Shown here piece after piece: positions 1 to 13,959 of a DNA stretch of 64,000 nt. Both the position numbers and the translations under genes were made by a program. The first letter of the stretch is position 1. Each line of letters begins with the position of its first letter. The DNA comes from Nageia nagi (taxonomy: Eukaryota > Plantae > Pinophyta), in the NCBI GenBank assembly GCA_050084985.1, contig JBITNC010000001.1, positions 82,088,001 to 82,152,000 on the forward strand, read 5' to 3'. The notes below the pieces were generated by a model. It did not search any database, was not told the origin of the DNA, and saw nothing but the letters and a program-made list of their open reading frames with translations.

Positions 1-1398
1 TGAAACACTTAAGTTGCAAAGATTTGCTATTCGCATCCTTAGTCAAAAGTGTAACGCTTCAAGATGTGAATGTAATTAGAGTGCATTTGAAAAAATTCAC
101 TCCAAGAAACGCAAAAGATTAGTAATTTGATTCATTTCAATTATGATTCTTTTAAACTTTCAAAATACAATGGAAATTTCTTACTCTGCTCTCAATTCTC
201 AATTTCTCATTATCTCATTTTTTTTATATTAATAGGTTGACAACACAACGCTTGAATGATATTGTGTACATTTGTCAACCTATGATTCTATGTGAGGCAA
301 CTGCAAAAGAAGGATGAGGATGAGCCCATTAACTTGACTACCATTGATCCGTCATATAGGTTATCTTCTTCATTTTTACTCTCACGGCTCAGCTAACACC
401 CCTTACATGTGATTGTTAAAAGACCCTGATAGGTCCTATAAAAGTGTATTTGTTAACTTTTTTTTGCTTTTTTGATAGTGATGTACCTCCAATGGATGTA
501 ATGTCAGATCTAAAGGAGGAGTTACATGAAGCTTTTCGAGAAGAATGGCTTGACATGGAGCAGGAGATAGATGAACTTGCTGATGAGGGTGAAGAGGAGG
601 AGCATGCAGTAGATGAGGAAGGGGAGGAGGAGGAGGTAGAGGAGCATCAACGTTTTGATCCATTTCCTCCTATGAAGATTGATTATGGTGTTGGACCTCT
701 CTAGGTTTATGAGCATCAAGTTTACCGAGACATGGAGAGTGAGCCTGACGATGATGAGCCACTCATTTGGTACCAAAGGATTAAGCAAAAGCCCCACAAG
801 AGTGTGGGTGGTAATTCTAGTAGTTTAGGATTACCTCCTCGTAGTGCTCCTACCCCTATGAGACCATCTCCTCACTTTGTCTCCTACTACACCTATTAGT
901 CAAGCACGTGGTACTAGTATTGGTACTACTAGTAGTGGCACTGGCGATCAATTGATTAGTAAAAAGGTTAGAGCCTCGAACCGCACATATTAATGAGTCC
1001 CTAGGGCCCACACATGGAGTCATTACTCATGAAACATTGTATTTAGTATTATTTGTACATTATTGGTACATGATAGTGGACACTTAGTGGCATTATGAGT
1101 GTATGGGACAGTACTAGTACTAGGAGATTTATAACTTATGATATGACAATAATTTGGTAGATGTCTTTTATTTTCATATATCGATGATTGTAACGCATTC
1201 ACTAATTATCATCAACCAAAGTCTTAATTTTTGACCTAATTTTTTTTTGTAACACTCGAATGATCTAAGAATAAACCAGGCGATCCCACATGAGTTTGAT
1301 ATGCTGCTAGCTAGCTTAGCACTCACATGGCAAGATTGGCCAAGAACTCGGGGTAACCAACCCTGATAAATTTTTCTGGTGTTCACTTTTCAACACTC
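1..1398 (+). mobile_element. hAT DNA transposon 3' remnant (transposase C-terminal dimerisation domain, degenerate, with intron)
   Basis: From nt 2 reads ETLKLQRFAIRILSQKCNASRCECN*SAFEKIHSKKRKR. After an intron (~118-235, AG acceptor at 234-235, donor apparently mutated) it reads LTTQRLNDIVYI. This matches the hAT motif LQ.FAIRILSQ.CS.SGCERNWS.F..IHSKKRNRL..RLNDLVYV. Acidic tail at 444-704; possible terminus TTTTCAACACTC ~1387-1398 (end uncertain). Confidence 0.8.
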
Positions 1399-1478
1399 AC
1401 CCTGTTGAAAAGACATCTCAAAAGTAACCTCACCATTCCAATTCCACGTCCCATGTGCAATAAGCTTTTTGATTACGA

Positions 1479-4400
1479 TGTAGTGGTTTTCTACTCGAGG
1501 CCCATAACACCCAAGAGATCGCACTTCCATTAAATTAATCAGTCTCCTGATGATAACTCTCCATCTCATAGGAGTAGTTAACTTGTTCTAGGCAAGCTTT
1601 CTTATGAGCGAGTAGCATCGTTTATGGAATAATCATCATATCCCTATTTACTAACTACAAGTGATATGACAACTAATTACCCTCATCCAGTAATAGTAAT
1701 TTTTCCAATTGCTATCTCCACCTGACTCACCTATCGGAGAATATGAGTACCAACCTGCTTATAATTATCGACTAATCCCACTGTGGTTTTACATTCCCGT
1801 GACCATAACTTGAAGAGCCATGGATATTAAACAATATCCTCGAGTGGTTATTTAATCTAATATATTTTTAAATGTGTTGACAAAAGAACCATCTATGTCC
1901 TATTGACCATATACTAATATTTTCAAATTATGAAATGGGTATAAGACATGTTCTAAGGTTTCACACCATTCATCCTTACTCAAGAGTACCTCGGAAGTCT
2001 TAATTATAGCTTACGTAGGAAGGCACATATTTTCTTGTTTTATCATATCGCATTGTATCACGTATAAGGATCTATTTTTTAAAAGATCTTTTAAATACAT
2101 AAAGTAAGAAGTTGTTAAGAAGAATCTTGCCATTATTGCTACAAAAATAATACGACGCTAAGTGGTCCTCATGCAAAAAAAATTCTTTTTGTTTATCGTC
2201 TAGCAAGATAGGTTTACTTGGTGAAGGTTCTTCGTCGCATATCTTGCATCCATCCAAAAAGAATTTCGAATGATTCCATTTATCTCAGGGGGTCCCATTG
2301 ATATCCAATTTGATCCCAAGAGTACTTAAAATATCTTAAATACTCCTAAATTATCTTTTGAAACTCTAATTCTAAATTAGGATTATTTTCTAATCAATGT
2401 ACTCTTTTAGAAGTTTTGTTAAAATAATTACTTCATCAATTTGTATTACCTATTAATCATTTTTATGAAAGAAATAATAATTCTTACTCAACAATTTATA
2501 TAATCAATACTAATTGTAGTATTTGATAACCATAATTAAAAGAAAGTTCATTAAATTACAATAGTAATATTTCTTAAAACTTATAAAAATAAAAAGTAGT
2601 CTACGATATTCATTACTTAATACCTAATATAATATATCTATGAAACGTATGAATCAAATTTACTTTCATAAACTTTGAAGCTTCCATAATTTATTACAAA
2701 TAGAGATCATGCATTATACAAAGGTAATTCAAATATAATACAACTCATTTAATCACTAATGAGATATTTTTAACAAATCATACTACTTCATATCTAATGA
2801 ATTTGTAATTCAAATTTATTCATATCATATGGTTTTGACTATTGTATCAACCATCAAACATCTCCATCAATCTTCATGCAATGAGCATCAAACATGCCCT
2901 TGGAGCTTGGTGGTGGATTGAGTACTAGGAGGGAGGATCGGGACAACCTTTTTTAAACTAGACCATTATGCAAATGAATTTAACTATAGATTTCAAAAGA
3001 AATTATCTCCTTTCTTTGGCCAATGTACAATAATATATTATTTATTTACCCTATAATTAATCCATCTTAATTCAATCATTCACGATAAGGTCTTGGATAC
3101 CTTAATAATTAATTAATAAAATTGGTACTATAAGAATTATTTTACTAAATATTATACCAATATCAAAATCTCAAAACCATAGTTTATTTAATACAAGATT
3201 TTAAAGAGTTCTTAAATTACTTATTTAAAAATATTAAACATACCTATCACCTCATTAGATACTAATTAGTTTAATTGACAAACTTAGATAATAGAAAAAC
3301 ATTTTTATTACTTCATCTTTTTCCACTTTCACATGAATTTAATAATATTTATTTACTAAACATCATATTAAAACTTTATAAAATTCATGTCAAAATAAAT
3401 TTATTAATCTCTAACTAAAAGCATAAGGAGACATATTTGACTACTCTCTTTAATATATTATAAAATACATAATACAATTTGTACGCGAAATTTTCTACCT
3501 CTACATTTAAATAAAAACAAAAGAACATCCCACTCCTTTACTTTTAAAAGAAAATGACATGGTACCAACCTTTGAATAAAATAACCACTATTCTTTTCAA
3601 AGGTTATAACATTTCAATCAATAATTAATGAAACTTTATCATTATAATAAATATCATATTAAGAATTTAATAAAATTTATGTCATTTATTAAACTTTAGC
3701 TAAAGGCATAAAGATAAATATTTGACTAATCTCTTTAAAATATCACAATATAATTTGTACGTGAAATTTTTCATTTCTACATCTAAATAAAAAAAAAGAA
3801 TAACAAAAAAAATCCCATTCTTTTAATTTTTAAAGAAAATGAAATGGTACCAACTTTTAAATGAAATGACCATTATGTCTCTTCAAATGCTACAACACTT
3901 CAATCAATAATTAATTATATGAAACTTTATCAAGTATTATAATAAATATCATATTAAGAATTTTCTAAAATTTTTGTCAAAATAAATTCATTAAATTCTA
4001 ATAAAAGGTATAAAGGAGAAATATTTGACTAGTCTTTTTAAAATATCATAATACAATTTGTACATGAAATGTTTTTACCCCTATATCTAAATAGAAAAAA
4101 ATAACAAAAGAAAATCCCACTCCTTTACTTTTTAAAGAAAATGACATGGTAACAATCTGTAAATAAAAGACCATCTCTGCAATTGGTTCAACACTTCTAA
4201 CAACCATTAATTCTATGAAGTTTTACCAAACATGATGATAAACATCATATTAAATATCTCAAAATAGGACTACCTTAATAAAAAAAAATGAAAAAGAATG
4301 GACCTTGACTTGAAGAGAAAAGAGACTTCTTTTCTTCACGTAACTCTACAACAAGTTTGAGAATAACCAAAAGAAAATGAAAATAACAAGAGAGATAGGT

Positions 4401-5479
4401 AGTTGTTGGTATTTTTCGAATGCTCTACTACTTTCTTTATAGCTTAAAGGGCTCAGATGTGTCCAAATGGACGTCTCCTTGCATCTTCAATAATTTTGGC
4501 TTAGGTTTGCTTAAAGTTGAAATTGATGGTAATGGTATTTAATACTTTGGAATCTTTTTTATTAATTGACAATTTAATGCCAACTCTTATTCACACCTAA
4601 CACAAAAATACAAAACTAAGTAGGGTAATTTCTCTATTATTTTCCTAGCTATTAAATATCATGTCATACCACAAAAAGACCATAGTCTCTATCTAATAGT
4701 TGTTTTACTATTAGCCCTATGTGGCAATAATATGGACACTCATTCAACTTTTATCCCATTAAATTTATTTTTCTAACCTTATAATAATTTTCAAATTTAA
4801 CTAAAGGTATATCTTTTTTTTCCTTCCATTTCAAAATTTAAATTTCAAAAATACCAAACAAGGAAAAACACATCTTTATCTGCAATGATCATCTCGTCTC
4901 GCAAAGTAAGATTAATCCACACATTTTTGTAAATATATTTTCATCAAGAAATCAACAATCACAACAATTATTTTACATGCATCTACATGATTAACGATGG
5001 TCATAAGGTATGTTAGCGATTCAACACTAATCACTTTCTTCTTTTATGCTTTCGTTCCCATTACCAATTCACTTTTGGTCCGTAGGGTCTTTGGGTTGCT
5101 TCTCCACTCTATGACCTATGTTAAAACATCTCGAAGCCAGCATCAAATTGTCACAAATGATACATATTCCCATATCAAACTTGTCATTACCATAGTATTA
5201 TGCAAACATAATTCATTCAATGCATCACGTTTTTACCTTGAATTTTCCATTTTTTCCTTATCTTTTGTTCATTTATTTGCTGTATTTTTCATTTTTTGAT
5301 CACGTATTTTTTGTTTCTTTTCCTTTTTTGTTCATTTTTCCATATTTATGTATTTTTAAAGCCGTAAATTTTTGCAATATTCAACGTATTTTGATCATTT
5401 AATGGCCATTTTTCCATATTTGGCCCCAAGCTGCATTTTCAAAAAATCGTCTTTTTATTCTATGACCCTAACCACTACA
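1479..5479 (-). mobile_element. ~4-kb LTR, probably the 5' LTR of a truncated element
   Basis: Perfect 10-bp terminal inverted repeat TGTAGTGGTT (1479)...AACCACTACA (5470-5479). TATA-like CTATAAAG on the minus strand ~4436-4443. Followed on the minus strand by degenerate PBS-like TCGTAATCAAAAAGC. No TSD, as expected for one LTR of a pair. Confidence 0.55.
3361..4255. repeat. Tandem repeat, ~295-bp unit, 3 copies, inside the LTR
   Basis: Anchors ATCATATTAA at ~3362, 3653, 3948, 4244. Blocks ATATTTGACT, TTTGTAC, ATCCCA.TCCTTT and AAAGAAAATGA.ATGGTA recur in each unit. Confidence 0.9.
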
Positions 5480-5539
5480 ACTTAGAGTAAGCTAAAACAA
5501 AATAGTAGTCGTCCAAGTAAACATAGAAAAGCTAAAACA

Positions 5540-6970
5540 GATCAAGTAGTATCGTGAGGAGGGCCCACCCTTGCTAGACAGTTGGTGTGGAGGGAGGTAA
5601 TGCAATCCATCCTGGAGAATGAATGTCTGGAGACTGCATGTCCCACTCCATAGCACGTCGGGAAGAGCAAGCCCAAAATCATGATAACGCTTCCGAGGAG
5701 GGGAAGAACGGGCACAAGTCTAAACATCATGTTATGATCGTGAACGTGATAGAGGATGTCGACGTGAGGGAGAGCACGAGCAGTCATGAAGCAAATGAAG
5801 CATTACCCCAATACTTCAGCAAGGTGCAAAGATGGGAAAGCTCGAGCTCCACCTTTTGATCTTGGTAAATAATCTGCACCCTATGTGAAAAAAAAAACTC
5901 AATCTTGTCAAGTAGAGAAAACTCGACTATAGAAACAACTTGAAAAACCACTTTATTTCTAGATTTTGAAATATGAAACAAAAAAGTGGAATGGAAAATT
6001 TACCACACAGTTCTCAATGAAAGGGTGAGGGTAAAAAAATCCCCAAGGAATGCATGCTACCATGAAAATGGCAGAGGCATGTAAGGAGCAAAAGAGGAAG
6101 CTACCCACTTCCATGAAGTGATAGCTTTTGGACAAGACCAAAACACATGCATAGTGGACTCAGGTTCATTACAAAAAGCACACATAGGGTCTAGGACTCC
6201 AAGATACTCAAGTCAATAACCTAAAGGAAGAATCTGATTGAGCAAACTCCAAACAAAAACAGATTTTATTGGCTCCTGGTATGAAGCCCATGTAGCTATG
6301 AAGTGTTGCTTCCACCTAGTGTGTTGCGAAACCAAATCCCATTTCTCATTAAGCTACAACACCATGGGTAGAGCTGGTGTAAGCTTGTTGTAGCCCAGGG
6401 TTGCTCTGTAATTAAGGGTGTATTTAGATACCATTGCCAATCTTTCCACATGGTTTCTGAGAGTTGACACCTATCTTGTGCAAAGCTGTAAAAGGTGTTA
6501 GCATAATAACAATGTCATAAGTGGCTCTATCAGAGGCATTCAGGCGAAAAGAATACCTAAAACGATCCCAGGGAATCCAATTCTTGGAGTGTTTATCAAA
6601 AAATCTACAATAGTAACAATGCCTCGTTTGAAAAACTTGCAAGCATGCATCCATTGAACCTAGGCCAAAGGGGTACCATTAAGCTAAAAAAACAAGGATC
6701 ACCAAATATTCAATTGATTCATAGAGAGTCCTTTGTGAAATCTACAACCCTTCCATTTAATCCAAGACACCATTTGTTGCCAACCTTTCCATATGCTTCG
6801 AATAACAAACGAGCCTGGAATTTTGACAAAAATCGGAGCCATAATCAAAGAAGGAAAATCTAATCCCTTCGATGTTTTTTTATTAAGAGGCATGCCCATA
6901 GATATAACCTTTCTGATGAGGACCTTCCAGGCTTCAGGTCCTCTCAGAGCTTTGACAATCCACTTAAAAA
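5540..6970 (-). pseudogene. LINE (L1-like) ORF2 3' part: post-RT region and zf-RVT, degenerate
   Basis: Minus strand gives KWIVKALRGPEAWKVLIR (~6960), a CCHC zinc finger VLDPMCAFCNEPESTMHVFWSCPKA (~6125-6200) and FHISKSRNKVVFQ (W.IWK.RN..IF motif, ~5945-5981). Many stops and frameshifts. Confidence 0.8.
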
Positions 6971-7118
6971 CCTCCCCAGGTTGAATCCAATTCAACTGAT
7001 AATTAGCAAACCAAACTGGCATGTCCAGAGAGGATTACCTGTAGCATAAACTTTTCGCCCATTGAATGTTAAAGCCACAAGCCTGGCAAAATATGTCTAA
7101 GCATTCTAGTGCATTAGA

Positions 7119-7310
7119 ATGCATCTTTCCATGTTGGAAGCTTTAGGATTTGGCCTCAAATTTGTGACCACTATGAATATGCTTTTTAATGATGCTTATG
7201 TTGTTCTTTCTTTGAACAATATGCAGACTAATGCCATAGGGCTTCATCACTCTGTCAGACAGGGCTACTTGTTAGCCTCGTCTCTTTATGTTTTAGGTTT
7301 CTTAACAATC
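7119..7310 (+). pseudogene. LINE reverse transcriptase core fragment, opposite orientation to the adjacent LINE 3' part
   Basis: LSMLEALGFGLKFVTTMNMLF...SVRQGYLLASSLYVL matches the non-LTR RT motif L..LGF...F....SVRQGCPLSP.LFVL. Confidence 0.75.
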
Positions 7311-7799
7311 CATGAGGATGAACAATTTTAATTTTTTCTAGTTTGATTCATGTTTTAGATGTGTGGAAGGAGAATTTTGGAGGTCATTCACTTGAATTGG
7401 AAGACATAAATATCTGCATTCTCAGTCAAACATGTAGCACTTCAGGATGTGAGTGCAATTGGAACACCTTTGAAAACATTCACTCTAAAAAGCACAAAAA
7501 GTTAGTAATTTGATTTATTTCAACAAAAAGGAGAAATGAAGTGAACATGAAAAAGAACTTTTTTTCTTCACAAAACGGAGGATTCTTTCGTGGGTCTACG
7601 AATGTGTTTGCTAGGTGCGAGTTGATTCCATCACTTCATATTGTGGCCAAATTTATTGTGGATAAAAATATGAGCGGATTCCATCATTTCAGACATGGAG
7701 AATGTTTAATTGGGGATACTTGAAATAAATAGCTCTTTTAGTTGCCAGTTTCTAACTTTATTAATATATCATTTCGATTGCAATAGGTAAATGAAACGT

Positions 7800-10700
7800 G
7801 GCAAGAAATTAGGGACTGGTCGCATGGTTTTGGAAATTTAGGAATGCATCTTCATTTTCAGATGCGATCGGTTCTAGAAGACTCAGAATCAACTAATTGC
7901 ACTATTTTGAAAAGATAAAAAAAAAGGAAGAATAAATCGTTCTAGCACCAACCATTACATTGCATCACAGATTCCTGATTGGACTATTTTCTTAGCTAAC
8001 CAAGGATTGCCAATTGTCATTCGGTTGTCAACATCTATTATTCCGTAAGTTACAAATTCACCTGTTACACTTAATATCTCAGTATTTGATTTTAGTTGGT
8101 CGCAGGATTTTAAATAGATGCACTTCTAACTATTATATATGGTGCGACAAGGTGAAATTGCATGTTGGCGCGATCATCCTCATTCGTCATGCATAATTAT
8201 TGACACATGTCATTCTGTATCAACACTCCTCACAATGCCCAATATAAATAAATCCCCAGATTAACATACCATTTTGGTCCAAAAGGTGGTCGCATAGTCT
8301 TAAAAAGTTAGAATTGCAAGACATCGAGAAAAATTCAAGATATTTTTTCTGAAGTTACATGGGCATATATTCCTCCAAAGGATGTCAGAATAGAGCAAGT
8401 GCCAAATGTTTCAAACAACAAATTGGTTGCTGGCCCTAGAAAACAGATGGGAAAAACAAGATTTTTGTGTCAGAAGAAAATGAAATAAAAAAAAAGACAT
8501 CGGCAGGTTGAAATAAAATTATCAATCATCTCAGAAATTGTCCAGGCATGATAGTGGGCCAGTTTTGAGACGAATAAAGAAGTGACAACTGTCAGAATTT
8601 GTAGCAAGACTTTCGAGAGATAATTGGGATACATACTACATATGTTGGGAGGTATCACCTGCACATTAAGGTTTGTAAATGCCAATGGAGGCATCATATT
8701 TTTAAAAGAAACATAAGAATACAAGTCTGATATGATTGCCTCAATTTTTATGCTTGGTTCGCATTGTTCGGAATCTTTAGTATTGTAGAAAGTTCATGGA
8801 ATATGCCCAGTTTTAAATATCATTCTTTTCTTTCAATCAAAATGATAAGCTTTTAGAATGGCATTGATGTACTAGAACTATAGAGGTGCTTTGGTCTCAC
8901 CATTTGTGTTTTTTACTAAGGCATGTTTTAAGGATAAGAAACATAGACTTCAAAATCATTTAATTTTTGAATCAGTCCCTTTGGTCATGCATTTTGATCA
9001 GGTATGTTCAGAATTCTTATCATATTGAACGATCATCACTACATATCCCAAAACTACCCCATGTTATGAAATGAAATCTGTGAATGACTATGCTATATGC
9101 AGAAGTTCTTCGATAACCCATTGCATGCATAGTGACTGTATAATATTTAGATGCATAATGAGGCTATATTTCAAGCATAATGGTCGTGCAAATCTGTGAT
9201 TTCCATGCAAGATTGTGTTTCAATGCATAATGGTGGTCCCATACAATGTTTCATATTTTGATGCATGGTGAGTGCAATATTGAAGTTTCAATGCATACTG
9301 GTCATATAATGAATATACTTCGTACATGATGGCTCTGCAACACTATGTTTCAATGCGTAATGATTGTGAAAAAAAATAATCTGGTGCATGATGGTTCTTC
9401 TATGATATACTGTGAACGGCTCTGCAATAACATATTCTAATGCAAAATGATGGTGTAATAACTAATCTTACATATAAGTATCCCCTCCCTACCATGAAAG
9501 TCATGTTTTCAATGCAAAAGGAAGTACAAGATGCAGAAAACCACTAAGTCCACAAGTGGTCGCATGTCATTCAGGAGATACATTTCTAACTTTGGGAAAA
9601 GGTGCGATCACACCTCCGCTTGCTTTGCATGTAAAGTTGGTGACAGTTGTATCTTTGCAACTACTCCAACCAGGGCTATATTGATACTTGTCATTTGTCA
9701 AGCTATAAATGTTCTTCCATTAATATCCATTGCTATACTATTATGACCTTTCCAAGTGGTCGCATGATTCTGAAATGATGCATTCCTAAATCTTTTGAGA
9801 GATGCGAACGAGGTGGTACGTCAAAGGTTTGCAAATTTTGAAAATTTGACTATGTATTGACAAAGGAAGGATGGTCGCATATTGTTGAGAAGATATAATT
9901 CTAATTTTAGGGGATGATGCGACCACCATCTAATTTGTCTTGAGCAAAGTTTGGCTAAATATTGGCAAGACTAGGCTAGTCCCATGTTGTTTCGAATATG
10001 CTTTTCCAACTTTGTGGAGAAGTGCGACCAGGGGTAATGTAATTCCAAAGTTGCAAGCATCAAAATTTGGCTAGGTGATACTGTGGAGGAGCTAGTCGCA
10101 TGTTTCCTGGAAGATGCAAATGTAAATTTTTGTTAAGGTGCAGCCACACATTCTCACTAGTTTGCATGCAAAGTAAATGACACTTGTTCCTAGGCCACTT
10201 CTTCGATCAAAGATAAACTGACATTTGTCGCTGGTCAGGCTATAAATATACCTTTCAATCATAATAGTCCATTCACTCCTTCGACATGATCGCATTATTT
10301 CAGGAAGGTGCAATCGAAAAGCTTCATAGTTGGTCACATGTTCCCAAGAACATACATTTCTAATATTTGGTCATCATGCGACCACTACCATTTGTACTTA
10401 TTTAAGCTCATTTTGTGTTCCCATTTGGCCACCAATTGCTCTAATCCAATCGTGACACATAGCATGCCAGGTGGTTGTGAATACCATCTTGCATTTTCAA
10501 AGGCCAAGAAACACCTAAGTAAGGTGGTCGCATGTTTTCAAAAGGTTACATTTCCAACCTTTTTGGGAGCTACGATCAAGGTGAACTAAATATTGGTGCG
10601 ACCATGTGGGTGATAGTGCTTCATTTGACCATCATTTAGGTCAGTGCATGGTTGATAGGTGGGGTCATCTTCTCTATAAGATACAAACGTAACGACTAGA

Positions 10701-12190
10701 TAACTCGAAGTGCACCTTTAAACTCCACTTTGAAGAGATCCATAATACCATATAGATCATTTTTGGGGAAGAGATACTTGATTATAACAGATGAAAGAAT
10801 TCTTTCTAATGTTGTCAGGTGTTTAATATAACGCAAAGATACTCGACCAAGAATTGCAAAAGATCGAAACATTCATGGATAGAAAGCTGGGAGACTGTGG
10901 AATATCTGGTGAAGAATGGCAACACTTCCAGGAGCTTTGATCCAATATTTGTATTACATGTATATGCAGTCTCTTGTCTGTTGTAAAATGTTGGGGACGT
11001 GAAATTTTGTAGAGTTGAATCATGAAGATGAATTGAGCTCTTACAGATTCAAAGTCAAAGGGTCAACATTAGTAGCTTATTTTGTTTGTATTAGGCGGTT
11101 AAAATGATATCGGATTTCTATGTATTAGATTAGATTTATTCTGATAAATATTAAAGTTGTGTTAGAGAATATTAGGGTTTTGTAAGAGTATTAGCACAAC
11201 ATTGCATTTATTGTAGTTACTTTTTGAAGCTATAAGTACCCTATACGAGTCATTTTGTAAGGACAAAATGTAGAGAATGGTGAGAGAAGAGAGAATGGTG
11301 CAAGGATAGAATCTAGCAAAAGGAATAGATCTAGCTAGAAAATATGAAACATTGGGATAACTAGATTCTAGGAAGAGGAGCATTTGTAAATTTCCTAGTC
11401 ATGTTCTCCAGTGGTTGTGCCATTTTAAAGATTAATGCAAGTGATGCCCCTTCATTTCATGGGATTTTGGATTCATTGATGACATGCTTGGTATGTTGTT
11501 AGTTATTTATACATTTATGAGCATTTTCTTTGAACGTTCGACACTTTAGAAAAAGCAAGTTGAATAGCTTTCCTAAATGTATGAATAGTCATTTCCGCAA
11601 TTTGCATATAGTTGTATTTTGGGACATTTTACTCTTATGTCATTTGATTAGAATCTTTCACTAGGAAGATGAATGAACATTCCATTCTATTTCTATTTGT
11701 CCATTGTGACTACTACCCCATGCACTTGCTTGTAAGTGATTCAGACCCAATCATTTCCTTCCCTAATTGATAACCCATGCAAAAATTCATAATAAATCTA
11801 AGGGATAAAGCCCCAAACCCTACACAACAATGAATAGTCATATTTGTTATTTTAGCTCAAGCCATACACATCATTCTCATTTTCCTTTGTTTCTTTTTCT
11901 TTTCTTTTCTTAAAACCTAATAACATAGGAAGATAATCATTTGTGCAAAGCCCAATAGGTCTGTAAACAAATTGTGAGTTAACTACCCCAAGCACATCCT
12001 CACATGATTCATCCTGCAACATAGAAAGTGAACCAATTACTAGATTATTCGTCCAAAGTCACGGGAGGCCCCTTTAGAGCTTCGAAGACAAATAAACCTT
12101 GGGGTTAGAATCCTTTCAAGTGGGGGTAAGTAAAGTTACCTCACCGTTAGAGTGTTGTTTCCCATGAGGGGGGGAAGAAAATCACATCAA
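7800..12190 (+). mobile_element. Degenerate large LTR of a Tat-type Ty3/Gypsy (left boundary undefined)
   Basis: Cluster of GTCGCA-N38-TGCGAC sites at 7.8-10.6 kb, TATA GCTATAAATA ~10239, and an end GGAAGAAAATCACATCAA (12173-12190) resembling the AGGAAAGAAAAACATACCAACA end of the other giant LTRs. Abuts protease sequence directly. Confidence 0.55.
9120..9460. repeat. Degenerate ~30-bp minisatellite
   Basis: Recurring TTTC(A)ATGCAT(A/G)ATG(G/A)T core about every 30 bp. Confidence 0.6.
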
Positions 12191-13780
12191 TAGACTCTAG
12201 AGCAGCAAGAAATGTTACATCAATAGACTCTAGAGCAGCAAGAAATGTTATGCCACACTTTTTCTGTAAAAGATTGAATTTGACTCTTGTCCCTACAAAC
12301 AAGAAAGTTATTCAGTTGGACAAAGCTAAGGTTAAAGTGATCAAAGTGCGACCCAAAGTATACATCCAGTTGGCATCAGAACCAAGGGTACAACAATATA
12401 ACAACATCAATGTAGTTGATATTCTTGATCATTATGGTATGCTTATGAGTAGAAATTGGTCTAGCACATTGAATGGATATTGGGCCATAAACTTCTCACA
12501 TCTATGGCTTCCCTAGAAATGACAACCCAATCAAACTAGATAGAAACTAAACCTAGATTGAAAGAACTTATCACATAATACAACTTGAACAAAGTCCATT
12601 TCACTAAAGAAACCAACAAACTTATCAAGTATTTATTTCTCTTGCAGATTGCAATTTCCTTGCACTAGTAATATTGTCGAGTACGAAGCCCTCATACACC
12701 AATTGATGCTAGGATTGAAGAAAAATATCAAACATTTACAGGTGATAGGAGATTCTAAATTAATTGTCAAGCAAGTGTTAAATCTATACACATGTGAGGA
12801 ACTAAGATTGAATGAATACAAAGTGTGATTATGGGGCCTCTTAGATACTTTCTAATTGTTCTACATCAAGACCAAGGAAACAAACAGTTACAGATTCTCT
12901 GGTCGACGTAAGCACCATTCAACCTTTAGAAAACATTTGCCTTAGATGATTTACAGTGCAATTAATGCAAACATCTTCGATACCTAACAACATCTCCAAT
13001 TTTCAAGTATTTCAAGATGGCCACCAGATCAAAGATCTCATGACTAATGTTGGGTGTTTACATCCCAAGTGATTGGAAAAGACTAGATGAACTCAAATGA
13101 AGATAAAGAGAAGAAATGGAAGATGGAGTGTTGCAGTTCAAAACAAACAAAATGACTCGAGGAATAATGTCACTAGAAAGACTATTCAGCCATAACATGA
13201 TTCAATACTAGGAGGCCAATCAATAGATGATGAAGAAATGGAAATAGTGAACCTATGTATTGAATCAAAACTAAAGAATATTCTCATTAGAAAATTCTAC
13301 ATTGGTAAGGAAAGGGGGTAGATCTTGAAGCTCATTAGAGAATTTATCGACACCATTACTTGGAAATACGAACACATGAAGACATATGATTGCATTTTTC
13401 TTACTCAAACCATCCCCCTAAAGCCAAGAACCAATCCATTTAGAGAAAAACAAAGAGTTGTGAACTTGATTCTCGAACCAATTATCCTTCTAGAAATTCA
13501 GAAGTTAGTTCAGTTTGGAATCATTTACCCAATACAACATTCCTCGTGAGTGGCTAATATAGTACTTGTTCACAAAAAGAGTGGTAATATTAGGATATGT
13601 ATTGATTTTCATCATCTCAACAAGTCATCAGAGAAAGATAACTATCCTTTGCCTTCTTTAAATGAAGTATTTCAAATTGTCATTCGTTCCCAGATGATGT
13701 CCCTCCTAGATGGTTACTTTGGAATTAACCAGATTGTTGTAGACAAAGACAACAGAATGAAGACTGCATTCCCCTTCAGT
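12190..13780 (+). pseudogene. pol: Tat-type Gypsy pol relic: protease - archaeal-type RNase H - RT start
   Basis: IDSRAARNVMPH protease active site. RNase H motifs LQFPCTSNIVEYEALI and LQVIGDSKLIVKQV at ~12650-12780. RT motifs ANIVLVHKKSGNIRICIDFHHLNKSSEKDNYPLP and MSLLDGYFGINQI at 13550-13770. Collinear with the pol at 32-36 kb. Confidence 0.85.
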
Positions 13781-13959
13781 GATCAACAACATATTACTTG
13801 TTACTTCTAAAACATTTTCTTCCATTGTTTTAGCCAAAGTTGGATCCTCAAAATTCCAATTTTTAGGGCATGTTGTGTGGGCACAACATACCACATGGAC
13901 AGAAAGAAGAAGAACGATTAATAACACTCATAGAATGAATTCATCATATTTAATAGCAA

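Noticed and set aside
10700-11080. Possible remnant of an LTR-internal ORF in the 7.8-12.2 kb LTR
   Set aside because: Looks coding-like but is too degenerate to align by eye with the giant-LTR protein.
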